64,000 nt of DNA from Balanoglossus misakiensis (lineage: Eukaryota > Animalia > Hemichordata). Below, piece by piece: positions 10,212-24,481 of the stretch. Position 1 is the stretch's first letter; each line of letters opens with the position of its first letter. The notes under the pieces were generated by a model. It was not told the DNA's origin. It saw nothing but the letters and a program-made list of their open reading frames with translations, and did no database searches. A program made the translations under genes and the position numbers. The DNA lies in the NCBI GenBank assembly GCA_040954595.2, contig CM082588.2:2640144-2704143 (forward strand). Reading direction: 5' to 3'.

Positions 10212-12528
10212 ATGTCAAAGGTTAAAGGTGAGTTCTTGGTCTCATTGTGGCAATGGGTTCGGTGAATTCAAACCTGACGCGACGCGTCATACTCGAGGCA
10301 TGTTTTGATACAACACAAGGATCTGGAACAAATTCCACTTAAACCGCAGGAAATTGTGTTTGACAGAAAACACAAAATTGCAGATATCCACTTTTGTCTT
10401 TGACATCGCAGGATTTCTTGATCGTCTGAAAGATGGCGAGCACATCATCGTCGCGGAGGGATATATCTTTCATTTTGAAAGAAAGGGGTATCTGAAAGCA
10501 GGACCGTTCGTGCCTGAAGTTATCCTAGAGCATCCGGAATTAGTAAGGAGTGCTTACCGGGAGTTTGTGCATGCCGGAAGTGACGTCGTTTTGGCATTCA
10601 CGGTAAGCAGTAGTTCTCTAGACTCGGTTGAAACAAGAAAGTATCTGTGACTTAAAACAATGGAAAGTGCTCCTGACTTTCTCGAACCAAGTGTCCCTCA
10701 CTACACACATGCCAATATTGAAAAAAAAATGATCATACTTTCTCTACTGAATTTCCTCCCTTGAAGTACTACACCCATCGTGAGAAGATGAGACTGATTG
10801 GAAGAGAAGATGATCTGGAGAAGATGAATAGAGACGCACTGCGCATGGCAAGAGAGGTTGCAGACGAAACTGGAACTCTCATGGCGGGAAACATATGTAA
10901 TTCAAATATGTATTCTCCTGGAAATGATGCAACAAGGGATAAAACAATCACAGATATGTTTAAAGTAAGTTGCCATAATTTTACAATTAAAGATGATGAT
11001 CCAAACAAGTATTGTTTAGTTGGCGAAACCGAAGTTTTCAGCAGCACTGTGAGTTGTCAAACGAACCATGAACGTTGTTATTTGTCGGACCACTACACCA
11101 CCACCACCACCACCAAAAGCCAAAAGAGACAAATTCATTACTAACAGTGGCGATTTGTCCGACCAGAGGAGATGCGTTTAACCGTTTTGTCACGTTCGCT
11201 ATAGGAACAAATCCAATGGGCAGTCGAAGGCGGGGCTGATTTTATCCTTGCGGAAACTTTCGTTCATTTTGGAGAAGCTTTACTTGCCTTGGAAGCTGTC
11301 AAAGCAGTCGGCAAAGGTTGGTCTCTTAATTGGTCAGCAACTTCTTTGCAAATTCGGCTTTGATTCTGCCTTTGGCTGGACTCAGCCCTAAGACGGAGAA
11401 GTACAGTGTCCCGGACATACAGGTGTTCGTACGTTCTGTGCGTTCTTTGTCTAAAAATCTGTGCTATTGGCCACCGTGACACCCTGGTAATTTCAAACCA
11501 GTCGTACCATACAAATACACAACCGCTGCGCGGAAAGTAACAGCTTCTTGTCATTCTGTCTAGGCTTGCCATGTGTGGTATCATTTACGCTAGTGGCCGC
11601 TTTGCTGAAAGACGGGGTATATATGACTACTGATCTGGTGCCCTATGGCGAGGCCTGTCAGAAACTGCACGATGCGGGCGCTGCCGTGGTAGGCGTGAAC
11701 TGTGGGCGTGGACCGGCAACCACCATCCCCATCCTCGAACAAGTCAGGGCGACGTACAAGGTAACATTTGGTCACATACCGGCAATACGTTTGATATAAA
11801 AGCGACAGAGAAGCTACTTGTAATTAAGAGGAACCATGTAGTGCTAAAATCAATGCAAAACGACGTACCGTCAACTTGACCACGTGGCTGACTCTTGAAT
11901 TGACCGTCCTGTGTCGAAAACACCATGGTGTCGCTCTAATCATTGGTGTGTAACTTTACTTTCCCAGGGTCCCTTGGCTGCAGTTCCTGTACCCTACAGA
12001 ACGACAGAAAAGGAACCATCTTTCATGTCGTTAACTGATCCAATAAACGGTAAAGTATTATCACTGATTCTCATTAAAAACACATACACACAAAACGTGG
12101 GTAGGGGAGTGAACGGTCACTCGGACCAGGAGGATCAACGAAGCAAAGTTGTCGAGTTGCTACAGGTGCAGTTCACAGATCCTATAACTACGCATGCAGG
12201 CATTTGACTATTTTGTTTCTCTCCAGGTGAACGCCTGTTTCCTGATAACCTCGAGGTTGCCTCTTGTTCCCGGACAGACATCGCACACTTCGCCGACAAA
12301 TGCAAAGAGCTGGATGTCAAGTTCGTTGGTGTATGCTGTGGCAACGTGGCGTGCCTGACTCGCGCACTCGCAGAGCAACTTGGTCGAAAGCCTCCCGCCA
12401 GTCGATACAGTATTGATATGTCCAAACACTGCGTCTTCGGCACCGATGACGCTGTCCACAAGAATAACCAAGAAGACGTGCGCCTACACATTGATAAATC
12501 GAATGAACAACACACTGAAAGAGTCTAA
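10212..12528 (+). CDS. BHMT: Betaine-homocysteine S-methyltransferase-like (homocysteine S-methyltransferase family). Exons 10212-10227, 10412-10602, 10767-10964, 11205-11316, 11564-11760, 11968-12049, 12227-12528 (about 365 aa)
   Basis: [15 protein letters not shown]...[15 protein letters not shown]...[26 protein letters not shown]; ADFILAETF; Zn ligands GVNCGRGP and GVCCG. All six introns are GT-AG and phase-compatible (sum 1098 nt). Confidence 0.92.
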
Positions 12529-12736
12529 TTCTTTCAATACTCTTAGCCATTTCGTAAGGTTTTTTGAAGGGGGTGCAAAATAAAGCTAAACGAGACAAAT
12601 GGAAAAATAAATGACCGGGAAGAATTCAGTGAATATTGTTAGCTCTTTCAGAGTTATTGCAATCAATAAAATAAATTCACACCAGCATCTCCTTGCAAGA
12701 ACGTTTTGATAAAGAGGATTTAATCCGACCGACAAT

Positions 12737-12744
12737 AAAAAAAA
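12737..12744 (-). terminator. RNA polymerase III oligo-T terminator of tRNA-Tyr
   Basis: An A8 run on + (T8 on -) directly follows the discriminator base. Confidence 0.85.
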
Positions 12745-12831
12745 TCCTTCGAGCCGGATTCGAACCAGCGACCTAAGGATGTCAAGTTCACACACTACAG
12801 TCCTCCGCTCTACCAACTGAGCTATCGAAGG
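12745..12831 (-). tRNA. trnY: tRNA-Tyr (GTA) with a 14-nt intron (12781-12794)
   Basis: Minus strand reads CCTTCGATAGCTCAGTTGGTAGAGCGGAGGACTGTAG[tgtgtgaacttgac]ATCCTTAGGTCGCTGGTTCGAATCCGGCTCGAAGGA. This is the canonical metazoan tRNA-Tyr with A and B boxes. Confidence 0.98.
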
Positions 12832-15800
12832 TTGGCTGACGATTGTTTTAATTTTTCACTGACGTTGAAGTCAGAAGTATTGGGCAATGGTCGCAAAGTG
12901 TATGTATTCTGCGTACCCGATTACACGCATTAGGGCACTGAATAGCAAAACGCGCCATATTTCTCGTCTTCAAACTTATCATTATGTCTGCGTCTAATAT
13001 CCTTTTCAATTATACTTGGCAATATAGCGATGCGCGGTCTGCGAACAGCCCAGTCGATTAATTGCGGTTAGATTGATTCGTAACGTAGCATCTGTCTTCT
13101 TGAGATGTTGACAACCGCAGTCGCCAAAACGACTGAAATATATTACCGATGATTGGTGAAGAGATAAAGCAGTCTGGAAAGATGGCGCAGATAGACCAAG
13201 CATAATAGCCAGAGGCGTCGCATCTATATTATCTTCACTATTTTTTTATTCTACCTTATTTTCTCATGGCCTCCCCAGTGACACTGTTTTGTCTGGCACG
13301 AAGCAAGAATGTTTCAATTGTCCGCACACCACACCACACCTGGCACATGTCGACGATGGATGACACGTGTAAGAAAGCAATCGATAATTTCTCAGTCTAA
13401 TTGTATTGTCGAAATTCCATTTATCAAAAACCCGTAGCAGAACAAATGACGCACTGATGTTCATATTTTGGCATTTATTCGCCATAAAGTGCACGTGTAA
13501 CAGAATCACAAAACTTGATTAGCCAGGATGTAACGGCATAACGGGTTATTCGCGTCTGTCAATCAACATCATCACCGTATCATTTTACTCGACGCAACAG
13601 AATTAAACCCCACTTTTCGCCTGCGCATTCCCCCAGTTCCACGGGAGTATTCGATTAACTGCACGACCTGGTGACTCGACTGATTCATTTCGCTCGGAAT
13701 TCTTGCCGAGTACTTTATCAAAATGGCTTTATTTGATTCGCGGTAACGCGAAAAACCACAGACTGTAGAAGTCGCCATCTACTGTCTCTGGTAAAATCGA
13801 ATGACAAATTTTACGTATAGCAGTACGTTCGCATTAAATATGCATAATAATAAGACGGCAACGCCACTGCAAACGTCACTGCGCGTAATCAATACATGAC
13901 ATATAGCCCCGGGTTTGGCGCTGTTCAATTTTAGTCGAGCACGCATGGTTGAGCGACTTACTCGAGTCATAGCAAGAGGGCTGATCGCGGTTACTCTTGT
14001 TTGAAGCCAACAGTAAACCCGGCGCCCGAAACAAGCTCCGCTCAGAAATCACCAAGTTATTTCCACCCGCATTGACTTCGAATCTACCCTTTCTCGCTGT
14101 AGTGGACCGACAGACGGACAAAAGTTTTTGAATTTTGCCGACGTTATTCGGGTAAGCTCGTTTCGTATACATTTGTCTCAGTGTGACTTCACAGCAATTT
14201 CTTATTTCAATACTATGCATGTATCTTTCAAAGCAAATAACAGCATACTGCTATTTTAGGAAATTTCGCCGGTGTTCCCGTCGTTTATACAAGCCAGCAA
14301 TATCAGTTCGTTAAATGTAGCGCAGCAAAAACATGCTTTGAGGCGATGCTATTGTTGAATAATACGCACTTTCAAAGTATGAAAAGGTGCGCAAAATTGT
14401 ACAATAATATAGCTTAAAATGGACTGTCTACGCACAGTTAGTAGATCTGGATTTGAAGGCAGTGGCGAGCGCAAGTGTTAGGATGTAAAGTGCTTTCGTG
14501 ATGTAACGCCCTGGTGTGCTGTACAAAGACATGCTTTTAAGGTACAAAGTTCGAACCATGTTCTGTCATAATGGCGGGAAGTGGCAGTTCTTGTTAAAAT
14601 GTAGGCTGCACTTTGCGAAATGATAAAGAAGAAGATGTCCCATTCAATAGCTGGAAACTGGGATGATGTTTAAAAATACAGTTTGCTGTGTTCAGTTAAT
14701 GCGCAGATCACGAAACGAATCAAGGTAAATTTTGCATATAGCCCTCGGGTTAAATTTGCAGGAAACTACGGCCCTTTTTGATGTACTAGCAAGTGATACA
14801 CATGAGATGAAATATTGAATGTATGGCTTCAGCTAGCGGGGAGTGATTCGGAATGATAAGACAAAGCTCGGAATTATATCTCACATCAATGATTGAAAAG
14901 GCGCCACGAAAAGAAGCGACAAGATGATCGGAATCAGACAGAGTTCAGAGAAACGGTCAACTGAAGCGGCAGAGTGTGTCCAGGGGGAGGGGAACTCAAA
15001 CAAACATCTGGAAGGAGAAAAGGGAGTCCTTCTTAAAAGCGTTGTGATTGACATGAGGAGTCGGGGGCAGATAGCGAGAATCTTTGAGGGCGATGAGCTG
15101 GCCAACTGAGCTGCTGACAAACATACACGCAGGGAGAGAGTTAAGAGGAGAGAGAGAGATTTTAGCAATTGCCGCAAAGAGGCATGCGGTTTACGTGGAT
15201 GACGAGGAATAGAAATTTCTGCTGATCCAAGCGATTCAATTATGCTCTGCCTCGGAAGCACACATATTTGTGTATCAGCGCACTAATAGGCGTTCATACA
15301 GACCTAGTTCTAAATTACCCTGACTTAGAAACGACACAAAGACTCATCTCGTTTTATTGTCAGGCCACAAAAGAGGGAGATGGCAAGCACTCGACAGATA
15401 GCACATCACTTGCAATGGTTTAGCGTCATCAGTGCTTTGGTTGTCAAGGTGACGCTAGCAACTGAACGCGCAAACTACACTGAAATTAGCCACCGTTTCC
15501 TCAGCGGTATTGAGACACAGTTTCTGAATCATATAGTACAGAAACGATGTTGGGCATTTCTATGTTGATAAAAATAACCGTTATGACTGGATTTGTAAAT
15601 ATCTGACAACAGGTCAAGACACACCTACTTGCGAAAGTTCGTGTCCTGATGCGACATTTTGTTTCTCGCTTTTATTAGCTATGGCTGAAGGGTGCGAGTT
15701 TCCTATTATCACACTTGAGTGCTCGTTAATTGAAAAGCGAGTGGATAACGCCGCGTATGTATCGTTAGTAACACATGACACGTTGACTGTATCACATGAT

Positions 15801-18022
15801 ATGCCCTAAAAGTCACCGGGGGGGGGGGGACTGAACAGGTCTATGAGTTGCGGAATGTCGAGCTCACTCATGGTGCGACGAAACACAAAGTAAAAGCGTT
15901 CTGATTGATGCAATTGAAAAACGGGGCTAACAATACGGTGAAGAGTGATTAGCCCAATAATACATACAAGGAGTCTGTCAACCAATTAATGATCTTTTCT
16001 GCAGAACTTGTTCAGCTCTATAATTTACAACTTGTACTCCCACTGGGAGATTGAAAAGAAATGTGTTCAAAATCAGTCACAGAGTGCCACCTATTGGAAC
16101 TTGATTACATACTACTAAAGGCAGTGGTGTGAAAATTTCAATAAAGTGAAATTATAAATAGAAACGTTCTGATACATACAGGAGAAGACGGACAGGTTAG
16201 GTTGGAGGGGAAATAAGACGCTTAACAAATACCTAAGTTATTAACTTGCGAAACATTCCATTGCATTGTATATGCCGTGTTGATATACCATGTAAGTATT
16301 TCCCATAACTGATTGACAGCTTGGTGCGAATTTCATTTTTATCAGGCAATAGCTAGCGTGTGACGTTTTTATAAAACGCATGGTACTAATTTTGAGAGAC
16401 GTAACATTTTCATCTAGAGCGCCCTCTGTTATACCTAACAGTGATCATCATCTTCATCATCATATTTAAGTTTGTATGCATCACTGAGTCGATCTGATCA
16501 AATTCGAATACCGGGAATAGGTACTGCATACTTAATGTTCAGACCTATATAATTTTAATAAACGGCAGTTTTCAATCTAACTGTGACCAATGGTGTCACC
16601 TGATTGAGTACAGCATTATGTGACCTCATCAACGGAGACAAAGAAAGTCTTCCTGATTATATATATTGTACATTAAATATTGATAAATTCCTACGAAGCA
16701 CTTTCTTTGACAGTAATGAAAGCATGTCCATCTTATGTGCACAATTGTCATTAATCCAACTGCATATAATTCCGAATTGTATTAAACCAAATGTTATTTA
16801 CAGTATTAAACATAAGTTTTCATTGTTACAATTCTGGTGGAAATTTTTGAATACTAATAGTCACAGAAACGCAGATGGTTTATGAAAACTACACTTTTTT
16901 TCAGCTAAACTAAAATGTAGACATGTATACAATTATCACGCGCAATAAATGTGTTCCTAAAGTGTGTTATAAGTTTCCTTGGCAACAGCGCACAACCCAC
17001 AAAAAATCGCATGCATCCATGGTAAATAATGCATATTTCAGCAGGAAAGTTTTACACGGAGCTAATAACAAATTTCCGTGGTACTCAAAAGAAGGAAAAA
17101 AAACGTGTTTTAATTTATTTTTCTGGGGTTTCTTATCTCTAATCGCTGTTATAATTTATTCGTTTACCGGGCGTTATGTCTCCTTGACTGGCGTAATATA
17201 AATTCATTTTTGTTGAATGACATATTTGATTGTTTTGGGTACATATGAAAGTCGTAAAATTTATTGTCACAATTCATGCGTGCGATATACAAAGCTAACT
17301 ATACGGTCATTACATTGACAGATAATAATAATTCACCCGCACTTAGTGATATCGAAGAGACGTTGTGTAAACAGCGCCGGGCAGTAATCAACCTTTCGAT
17401 TTATTCTCACGCGAATTTGCACCGCCATCCAACAACAACCGTGATATTTATCGATTCTCGTTGCAGGTCCTTTGATCTTTGTGTTTGGCACTGAAAGACG
17501 TTGTCAGCTGATCACCCGAGGGCGCGTGGCGATCGAACGCCCCCTGCGCAGAGACAGCGCAAAGAAAACACCCATCTTAGTGTACAATGGGTCCAGGATT
17601 CGTGTTCAGCAGTCACCTTTGAAGACTGGTGCCCTGAGTTTGTACGTTAATGCTGATCAGCACGGCATGTATTTGGTCTAGAACATTTCTACCCGACAAA
17701 GAGGACAGGATCGAAAGCTTCGACGGTCTGATCACCACATTCACCTTCACTAACAGGTGTGTCGTTCAGATGACGCCTACATACATGCCTGCTGGGATTT
17801 GACATTTGTCAACCTCCACGATAACCTGTCACCGTTCTAAACTAGTAGCTGCTAGCTCACACAACTTGACTTTCGATTCATTTGGTTCATCTATTTTATA
17901 CTGGCATGACAGTTATACGAAAATGACGATATGGCAAGGTTATTTTTTATAGAGAGAAATTAATTGACACTAGTTAGACTCTGTGATTTTAAAAACCTGT
18001 CGCGTTGCTAGATGACTGAAAA

Positions 18023-21000
18023 ATGCCCGTTTCTACAGAAAAAGGCATGTTCAGTACCTTGTACGTTCTAGTACTCTGCCATCTGTTTGTAATGTCAATG
18101 GCGGACCACTATCCAAACTTAGGCGGGGTGAAGTATTCCATGCCCGGCGATCTCATCATCGGTGGCCTGTTTCCCCTACACGACTACAACGACGGTAAAG
18201 AGTGCAAGGCGCTCCGGGACCTCGGCACGCTGATGCGCATGGAGTCCATGGTGTACGCCATCCAGCAAATAAACAACAGGACGGACATTCTGCCGAACCT
18301 GAAAATCGGCTTCGAAATCCGCGACACGTGCACCCGGGAGGCGACGTCCCTGGCCCAGATTCTGCGATTCCTGCCCGTCGTCACCTTCGCCGGAAGCGGC
18401 ACGTGCGAGTGCGTGACGGGCAGTGGGACGTGCAGAAACGGCTCGATATCGGACGTCAACGTCGACGCCGTCATCGGGACGGAGATGAGCTTCACCACCA
18501 TACCGGCGGCGCAGCTCCTCGGACTCGCTCACATCTTCCACATCAGTTACTACGCAACCAGCGACGACCTGAGCAACAAGGACAGATTTCCCTTCTTCCA
18601 ACGCCTCAGCCCGCCCGACAAGCTCCAAGTACAGACGATGATCGACCTCATGAAACACTTCGACTGGAGTTTCGTCTCATTGGTTCACTCGGACGACAAC
18701 TACGGCAAGAACGGACAAAAGGAGTTGAAGACCGAGGCCGAGGCGGCGGGGATATGCATCGCCGAGTCGCTGGAAGTATCGGCGTTCATGTCGGCCGACG
18801 ATTATGACGACACCGTGCAGACGTTGCTGGGTTCTCCCAAAGCACGCGTGGTGGTTATGTTCGTGCAAGTGAAGGAAGCCAACGGGATCCTCTTCGCCAT
18901 CGATCGCGCCAACGCCTCCGACCACTTCATCCTCATCGGAAGCGACGGGTGGGCCGCCAGTATCGACGAAATCGAGCCCGAAAATCGTCGCGTGGCGGCT
19001 GGCGTACTCAAAATAAATTTGTACTCGGCAAATTTTGATGTATTTGAAGATTACTTCAAAACACTAAACCCTAATAACAATCGAGAAAACCCGTGGTTTA
19101 GTGAATTTTGGGAAGCTTATCTGAACTGCCCCGATGAAGAGAATGAGGTGTGCTCGGGGGCGTATAACCCTGGCTTTTCTGGTGACAAATCTGTATCCCT
19201 GGTCATCGATTCAGTGTACACATTCGCCCTGGGATGGGAAAATATGAGAAGAGATTTATGCGCAGACAGAGATACAAAGTGCGAAGATCTAGTAGCTAGT
19301 CAAAGCAAGACCGACATGATGCAGTACATGTTGAACTTAACATTTGATGGAGCCAGCGGACCCATCGCTTTCGACGGAAATGGCGACCTAATGGGCAAAT
19401 ACGACATCCACACTATACAGGATCTCGGGAACGGGTACCAGCTGGTTAAAGTTGGCATGTGGGATTCACTTGGCGGGGACAACAAGCTGAGTTTCACGGG
19501 GACTATAGGCACCTGGTACGACCAGTTCCCGGACGGAGAAGTCTGGGAGTCGTTCTGCAGCAAACCCTGCGACACGGGTCAGATCACGATACCCCGGGAG
19601 CACGCGTGCTGCTGGGACTGCGTGCCGTGCAGGTCGAATGAAATCACAACCCACAACGCCAGCACGTGCTCCGAATGCGAGCCGCACATGTGGCCGGATG
19701 GGGACAGAACGAAGTGCGAGCCCATACCACCGTCGTACGTGAAATACGAAGACCCCTGGGCTATCGTGCTGGCAACGCTGGCGGCCCTCGGTCTGGCTTT
19801 CAGCTCGGTAACACTGGCAGCGTTCATATACTACAACAGTACGCCTCTGGTGAAGGCGACTAGCAGGGAACTGAGCTATTTCATGTTCATAGGGATCTTT
19901 TTGTCGTATCTCCTGGTGTATATATTCCTCGCCAAACCAACCACGGCCACCTGTTACATCAACAGGCTCTGTTTCATGCTCTGCTTCACACTGACCTACA
20001 GTCCGCTGATCACCAAGACGAACCGAATATTTCGAATCTTTGATGCGGGAAAGAAGTCGACCAAACGGCCGCCTTTCATCAGCCCTCGCTCTCAGGTTAT
20101 CATTTCGATGATACTGGTCTTTCTACAGGTAAGCTAAAGTTTGGACTAGTTCAATAGACGCGAGTTCTGCTGTCAGTTTTGCCTTTAATCCATAGCCTGA
20201 TGTAAAAGTGGCAACCTTACACAAACCTTTCGCTATTACTGTACATGGATGCATTTCTATAAGTCTGTCATCTCATATGCGTTCATGCATGTTTCCATTC
20301 GTAAATCTGAGATATTTTGAGCAATAATAAACCCTTTCTCTATTGAGCTGACATACGAGGCTTATAAAAACACATTTCGAGATCGCTCAACTATAATTCA
20401 TCTACACAGTATTGGAATTGAATAGGCCATTCGAGGTTATCCATTATCGCTTTGGAAAGTTTTATGGTTGCACTTTCCAAGATCAGCACGCAATATTTGT
20501 GGTGACGGAGGATTTTTAACAGCGTTTAATCACCCAGACTCCGCTTTTATGAGGCCTTTCCTGAAATCCCACAACATCGATAATGATTCTGAACTGTAGA
20601 TATCGCTTGCCCTGACCCTATTTCCAAAATATTAGTATGAACAGAAAAGAGGTACGCGTCAACTGAATTTAACACTTTGTAAGCGCTTTAGCAGTTGAGT
20701 GTTGAACCGGCATCAATCATGTATATTCATCTGTCATTTTGCATATAAAATTCACGATTTGTACCCAAGAGACTGTTTTGTTAATCCGGATTGCGAATTA
20801 CTTATTGAGGCAAATCCACATTTCCGGCCAATTCCTTCAAATCCTGTGATTTCAAGAAACCTTTAATCTTTTGTACCTCAATGATCCTACGTTAAAAGGT
20901 GACAGCAATGAATAATACATTTGAATTTGTATGCATACGTTATACAGCTAGTTATCTTCGATGATACAGTCTCCGCTATGCGCCTGTTGGGCCAGGAAAA

Positions 21001-24000
21001 ATATCCTCACTCAAGGCTAAAACTCATAACTCCCAGCTGTTTAAATCTCAACACCGTGGACCAACTGAAATCTACGGTTAGCACATATGTTGACTCATAA
21101 TCAATCAGGAAAGTGTTTCTCACGGGTTTTGTGCGGACGGATCACAATGATTTATATTATTATATGAAAGTAATAACTAAACTAGGTCTTGCTGTACCAG
21201 CTACCGTGCTTTCACCTACATGGTAATGTGTGTTCGATTTCACACATATAAATAACGTGTTGACGTTATCGACCTTGTTCACCCCGACCCCGGAGGCAGG
21301 GCGCGGTGGTACCGAACGCGAAAGCAAACAGGTATTAATGAGACAGAATGCATAGATGTTCTAGTTCATCGAAAGGGTTATGTTATGACAAGGTGAATCT
21401 TTCGGGGCACATATGAAAAACAGCTTTAAAACAGGTCCATTATATAACCAAAGCCGAGAAAAACTCGTGCAACCAGACTAACTCGTCACACCAACGCCTT
21501 TTTTTGTTGATCTTAGAATGTACTTTCACTGAAAATTGCGTTTTCTTAATCAAATTGTATAACAAAACGTGCTTTCATCGCAACAGCCGTCATGAAGTAA
21601 ACTTTAACACTCCGCGTGCCTAAAATTTACTCAAGCATTTTGCTAAATAAATAAATTGATGATAGACGCAACGGGCAATAAATGGAAATGTTCGCTTTGG
21701 TATTGATTAGCATTTGCTATAACAAACTTAACGTCAATTCATATTTGCGCAATATCTAATAAGTATTATTGTGGAAAAATGTTTTGTTCATAAAAGTCGG
21801 CACTGTCTCGTAGGATTCGATAACGCAGGATCCTCGACGGTCTGACATCGCGATGGCTGTCAAGGTCATATTCACAGGACACCAATTTTCAACTTCTCTA
21901 AATCCTCTCATTATCTCTGAATTGCTTGTTTTTCAGTAAAAAATATTAGAATGGCAGTTTTTCTTTCACAAAGATAATAAACTAAAACAGTGAAATGTAA
22001 GCTATTTCCAGGCAACTTTAAAATCTCATTCTGATCACAAAGTAGTTTAATCGTGTTAAATGAATAAATCATTCAGGTGTTGAGAGTAGAAGAGGGTAAT
22101 TTATGCTCGACTATTACTTTCAAAACCACAAACGTTAACACGCGATAAAAATGACTGCGTTTTGCGCCTGCTACTTAAAGGTCGTTCCAACTCGGCTGTT
22201 GAGTATCGCCAGGGTTTTACTAGCACCGAACTATCACTTAAACAATTACCAGTCTTTGAAATGTTGCCACCTCCCAATTTTTCAAAGCCTACCAGCGCAA
22301 GTGGCCATCGATTTAATGACAGCACAGTGGGTTTAGCGCATCTAATGTCTAACGCCACCATCGTGTATTTTACTGCCCTTCATTCAGGAAAGATAATTAA
22401 ACAGAACCCATATACTGAGTGCTAAAAAGTATATGGTTTAGACAATAGAATTGTCGGTTATTTTCTTTTCAATGAAGATTCTACTAATGCCTCGCGATGA
22501 GTTGATGTATATTTTATGGCTGACCATTCAAGAATATTCTAGGTTTTAAAGTGTTAAAACCCAATTATACCTCTAACTTTAGATTTTAACAGCACATGCC
22601 ACGCACATAAAGTGTGAACGACATGAATGAAACTAAGTAGTCGATATGTGAAACGTTACCGGTCGCCTTGAGCTACAATTAACCTATCTACCTGCTGTTG
22701 TGATAATGGCTATATTATTGACACGAAACGGATGTGAAATTTGCTAATCTGAAAAGCTCAGGGATTGTTACATCCTCGCACAAACTGGCTTGGCGTTTTG
22801 TGGATTTTCTGGAGTACATAAAGGAAGTCATAAATGTGCGAGTGCTTAACGATCTTATAAGGGAAATATTACTGCCTTTTCAATGGGCTATATCCTGCGC
22901 CTCCGGATATACAACTATACAGGCCCACGTCGGTCCTTTTGTTGGTTTAATGAGTTGACACCGGTTTCCCTGGTAACTGTTTTCATACTGAGCTTCCTGA
23001 TCCTCTGCAAGCGCTAAACACGACAGTGTCTATACACCGGCAAAGACTACAGCACGTGAATTCACGTTAGCCAATAACATGATAAATGACATGGTTTAGA
23101 ACTCATCATTGACAGGGCTGAACACTCAGGACCCGGTATAATTTGAAGAGTCTTGCCAGTTGTCCTAGTTATCATCGCATCGTGACGCTCGGAAAAGTAC
23201 CCGCCCGCCTTTCTTAGTCTGTCTTGAAATTTAATTTTAGCTTCGAGATTTTAAAAAGCAATCAATATTGTAGGAACATGTCGCTTACTTCAGTACGTCA
23301 GCATATTCAAAATTCGATGAAATTCTGGGACGTATTCGAGAGTCCTTTTATGCAAAGTCGTAAATGAAGTTAATCAAATAGAAGTAATTGTTCAGTTTCT
23401 CGACGGATTTCAAATGTGTCACACAATTGACTTGGCCATCACCGATGGAATCTTTTCCAGTGGTTAATACCTTTCCGTGGTTGCCCTGGCTTGCTGGTTG
23501 CCCTGCCTCTGCATGACTGTAAGTTTCACATATATGTCCTGTGTAAGGTTGAGAACGAACAACCGGCAATTTTAAAGATGGTGAGACTTATGTCGCAATT
23601 TTAATATTGGACTTTTAATTTCTAATTTCTTTGTCTTTTGTTTTTAGTTACTTATCAGCATATCCTGGTTGATCTATATACCACCGGAAGCCGTGCTCAT
23701 CGTCCCCATGCCGAAGGAGAAGAACGTCGAGTTGAGTTGCAATATCACAGAAAACGAGGTGATTACGTCACTCTGCTACAACGTCCTGCTCGTTGTCATG
23801 TGCTCCTATTACGCGTTCAAGGCGCGCAAGGTCCCTAGCAACTACAACGAGACGCGTTTCATCAGCGTCAGCGTGTACACCACCTTGGTGATATGGCTGG
23901 CGTTCATCCCCACCTACTTCACCACCAACAGATCCTACTTCAAAGTAACGTTCCTCTCCCTGGCCATGATCATGAACGCCACCGTCAGCCTGGTCTGCAT

Positions 24001-24265
24001 GTACATGCCCAAGATCTACGCCGTACACTTCCTCAAGGAGATCGACATCAACGCGGCCACACAGTACGCCGCCGAGGGCGCCCCAAGCGGATCGCACTCC
24101 ATGGCAACCCGGACTCGCTTCGGCGGGGCCCGGTTCAATAATACAGTTATGCCCAGTACAGGGGCTCCTAACGATACACTGTCCACCGTGCAGTTGCAGA
24201 CGATTTCAAAGTCACAGTTTGCCAGCCAGGTGGAGAGGGACACATCATCCACGGTACAAACGTGA
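18023..24265 (+). CDS. Metabotropic glutamate receptor-like class C GPCR, paralog B. Exons 18023-20128, 23648-24265 (about 907 aa)
   Basis: Signal peptide; GDLIIGGLFPLH, RMESMVYAI, GFEIRDTC, LIGSDGW, NPWFSEFWE, CSKPC...CCWDC, VKATSRELSY, TKTNRIFRIF, KARKVPSNYNETRFI, YMPKIY. One phase-0 GT-AG intron in TM4 (LQ|LLIS). Confidence 0.95.
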
Positions 24266-24481
24266 CGGAATGAAAGGATTTTGTTGTGTCAATATTGTGA
24301 TAATAGGCACGAATACAGTGCGAAATCACACCAAGTGAAACAGAAATGACGAGTGAAATATTTATCTCTTTCAGCGAAAATCATTGCTATATTCATCGAA
24401 TCTGCAGTCTAATTCAATTTAGCTTATTCAGTTATTATTTTTCTGAAACTTGTTTTGGATGAAACTTGTTTGACACGTTCG

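Noticed and set aside
15364-15506. Exon-like segment with a hydrophobic N-terminus (ORF 15380-15568) as an alternative first exon of GPCR-B
   Set aside because: Splicing to the acceptor at 18012 yields a stop within three codons; no homology recognised.
18176-19863. Alternate-frame ORFs over GPCR-B (for example 18202-18807)
   Set aside because: Same GC3 shadow effect.
22091-22574. Possible MITE with terminal inverted repeats (AGAGGGTAATT ... AATTATACCTCT)
   Set aside because: The match is short and imperfect with no clear target-site duplication, and cannot be supported without a repeat library.
23472-23516. Exon-like segment on - within the GPCR-B intron as a continuation of the BHMT relic
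   Set aside because: The peptide (HAEAGQPASQG) shows no convincing BHMT similarity.
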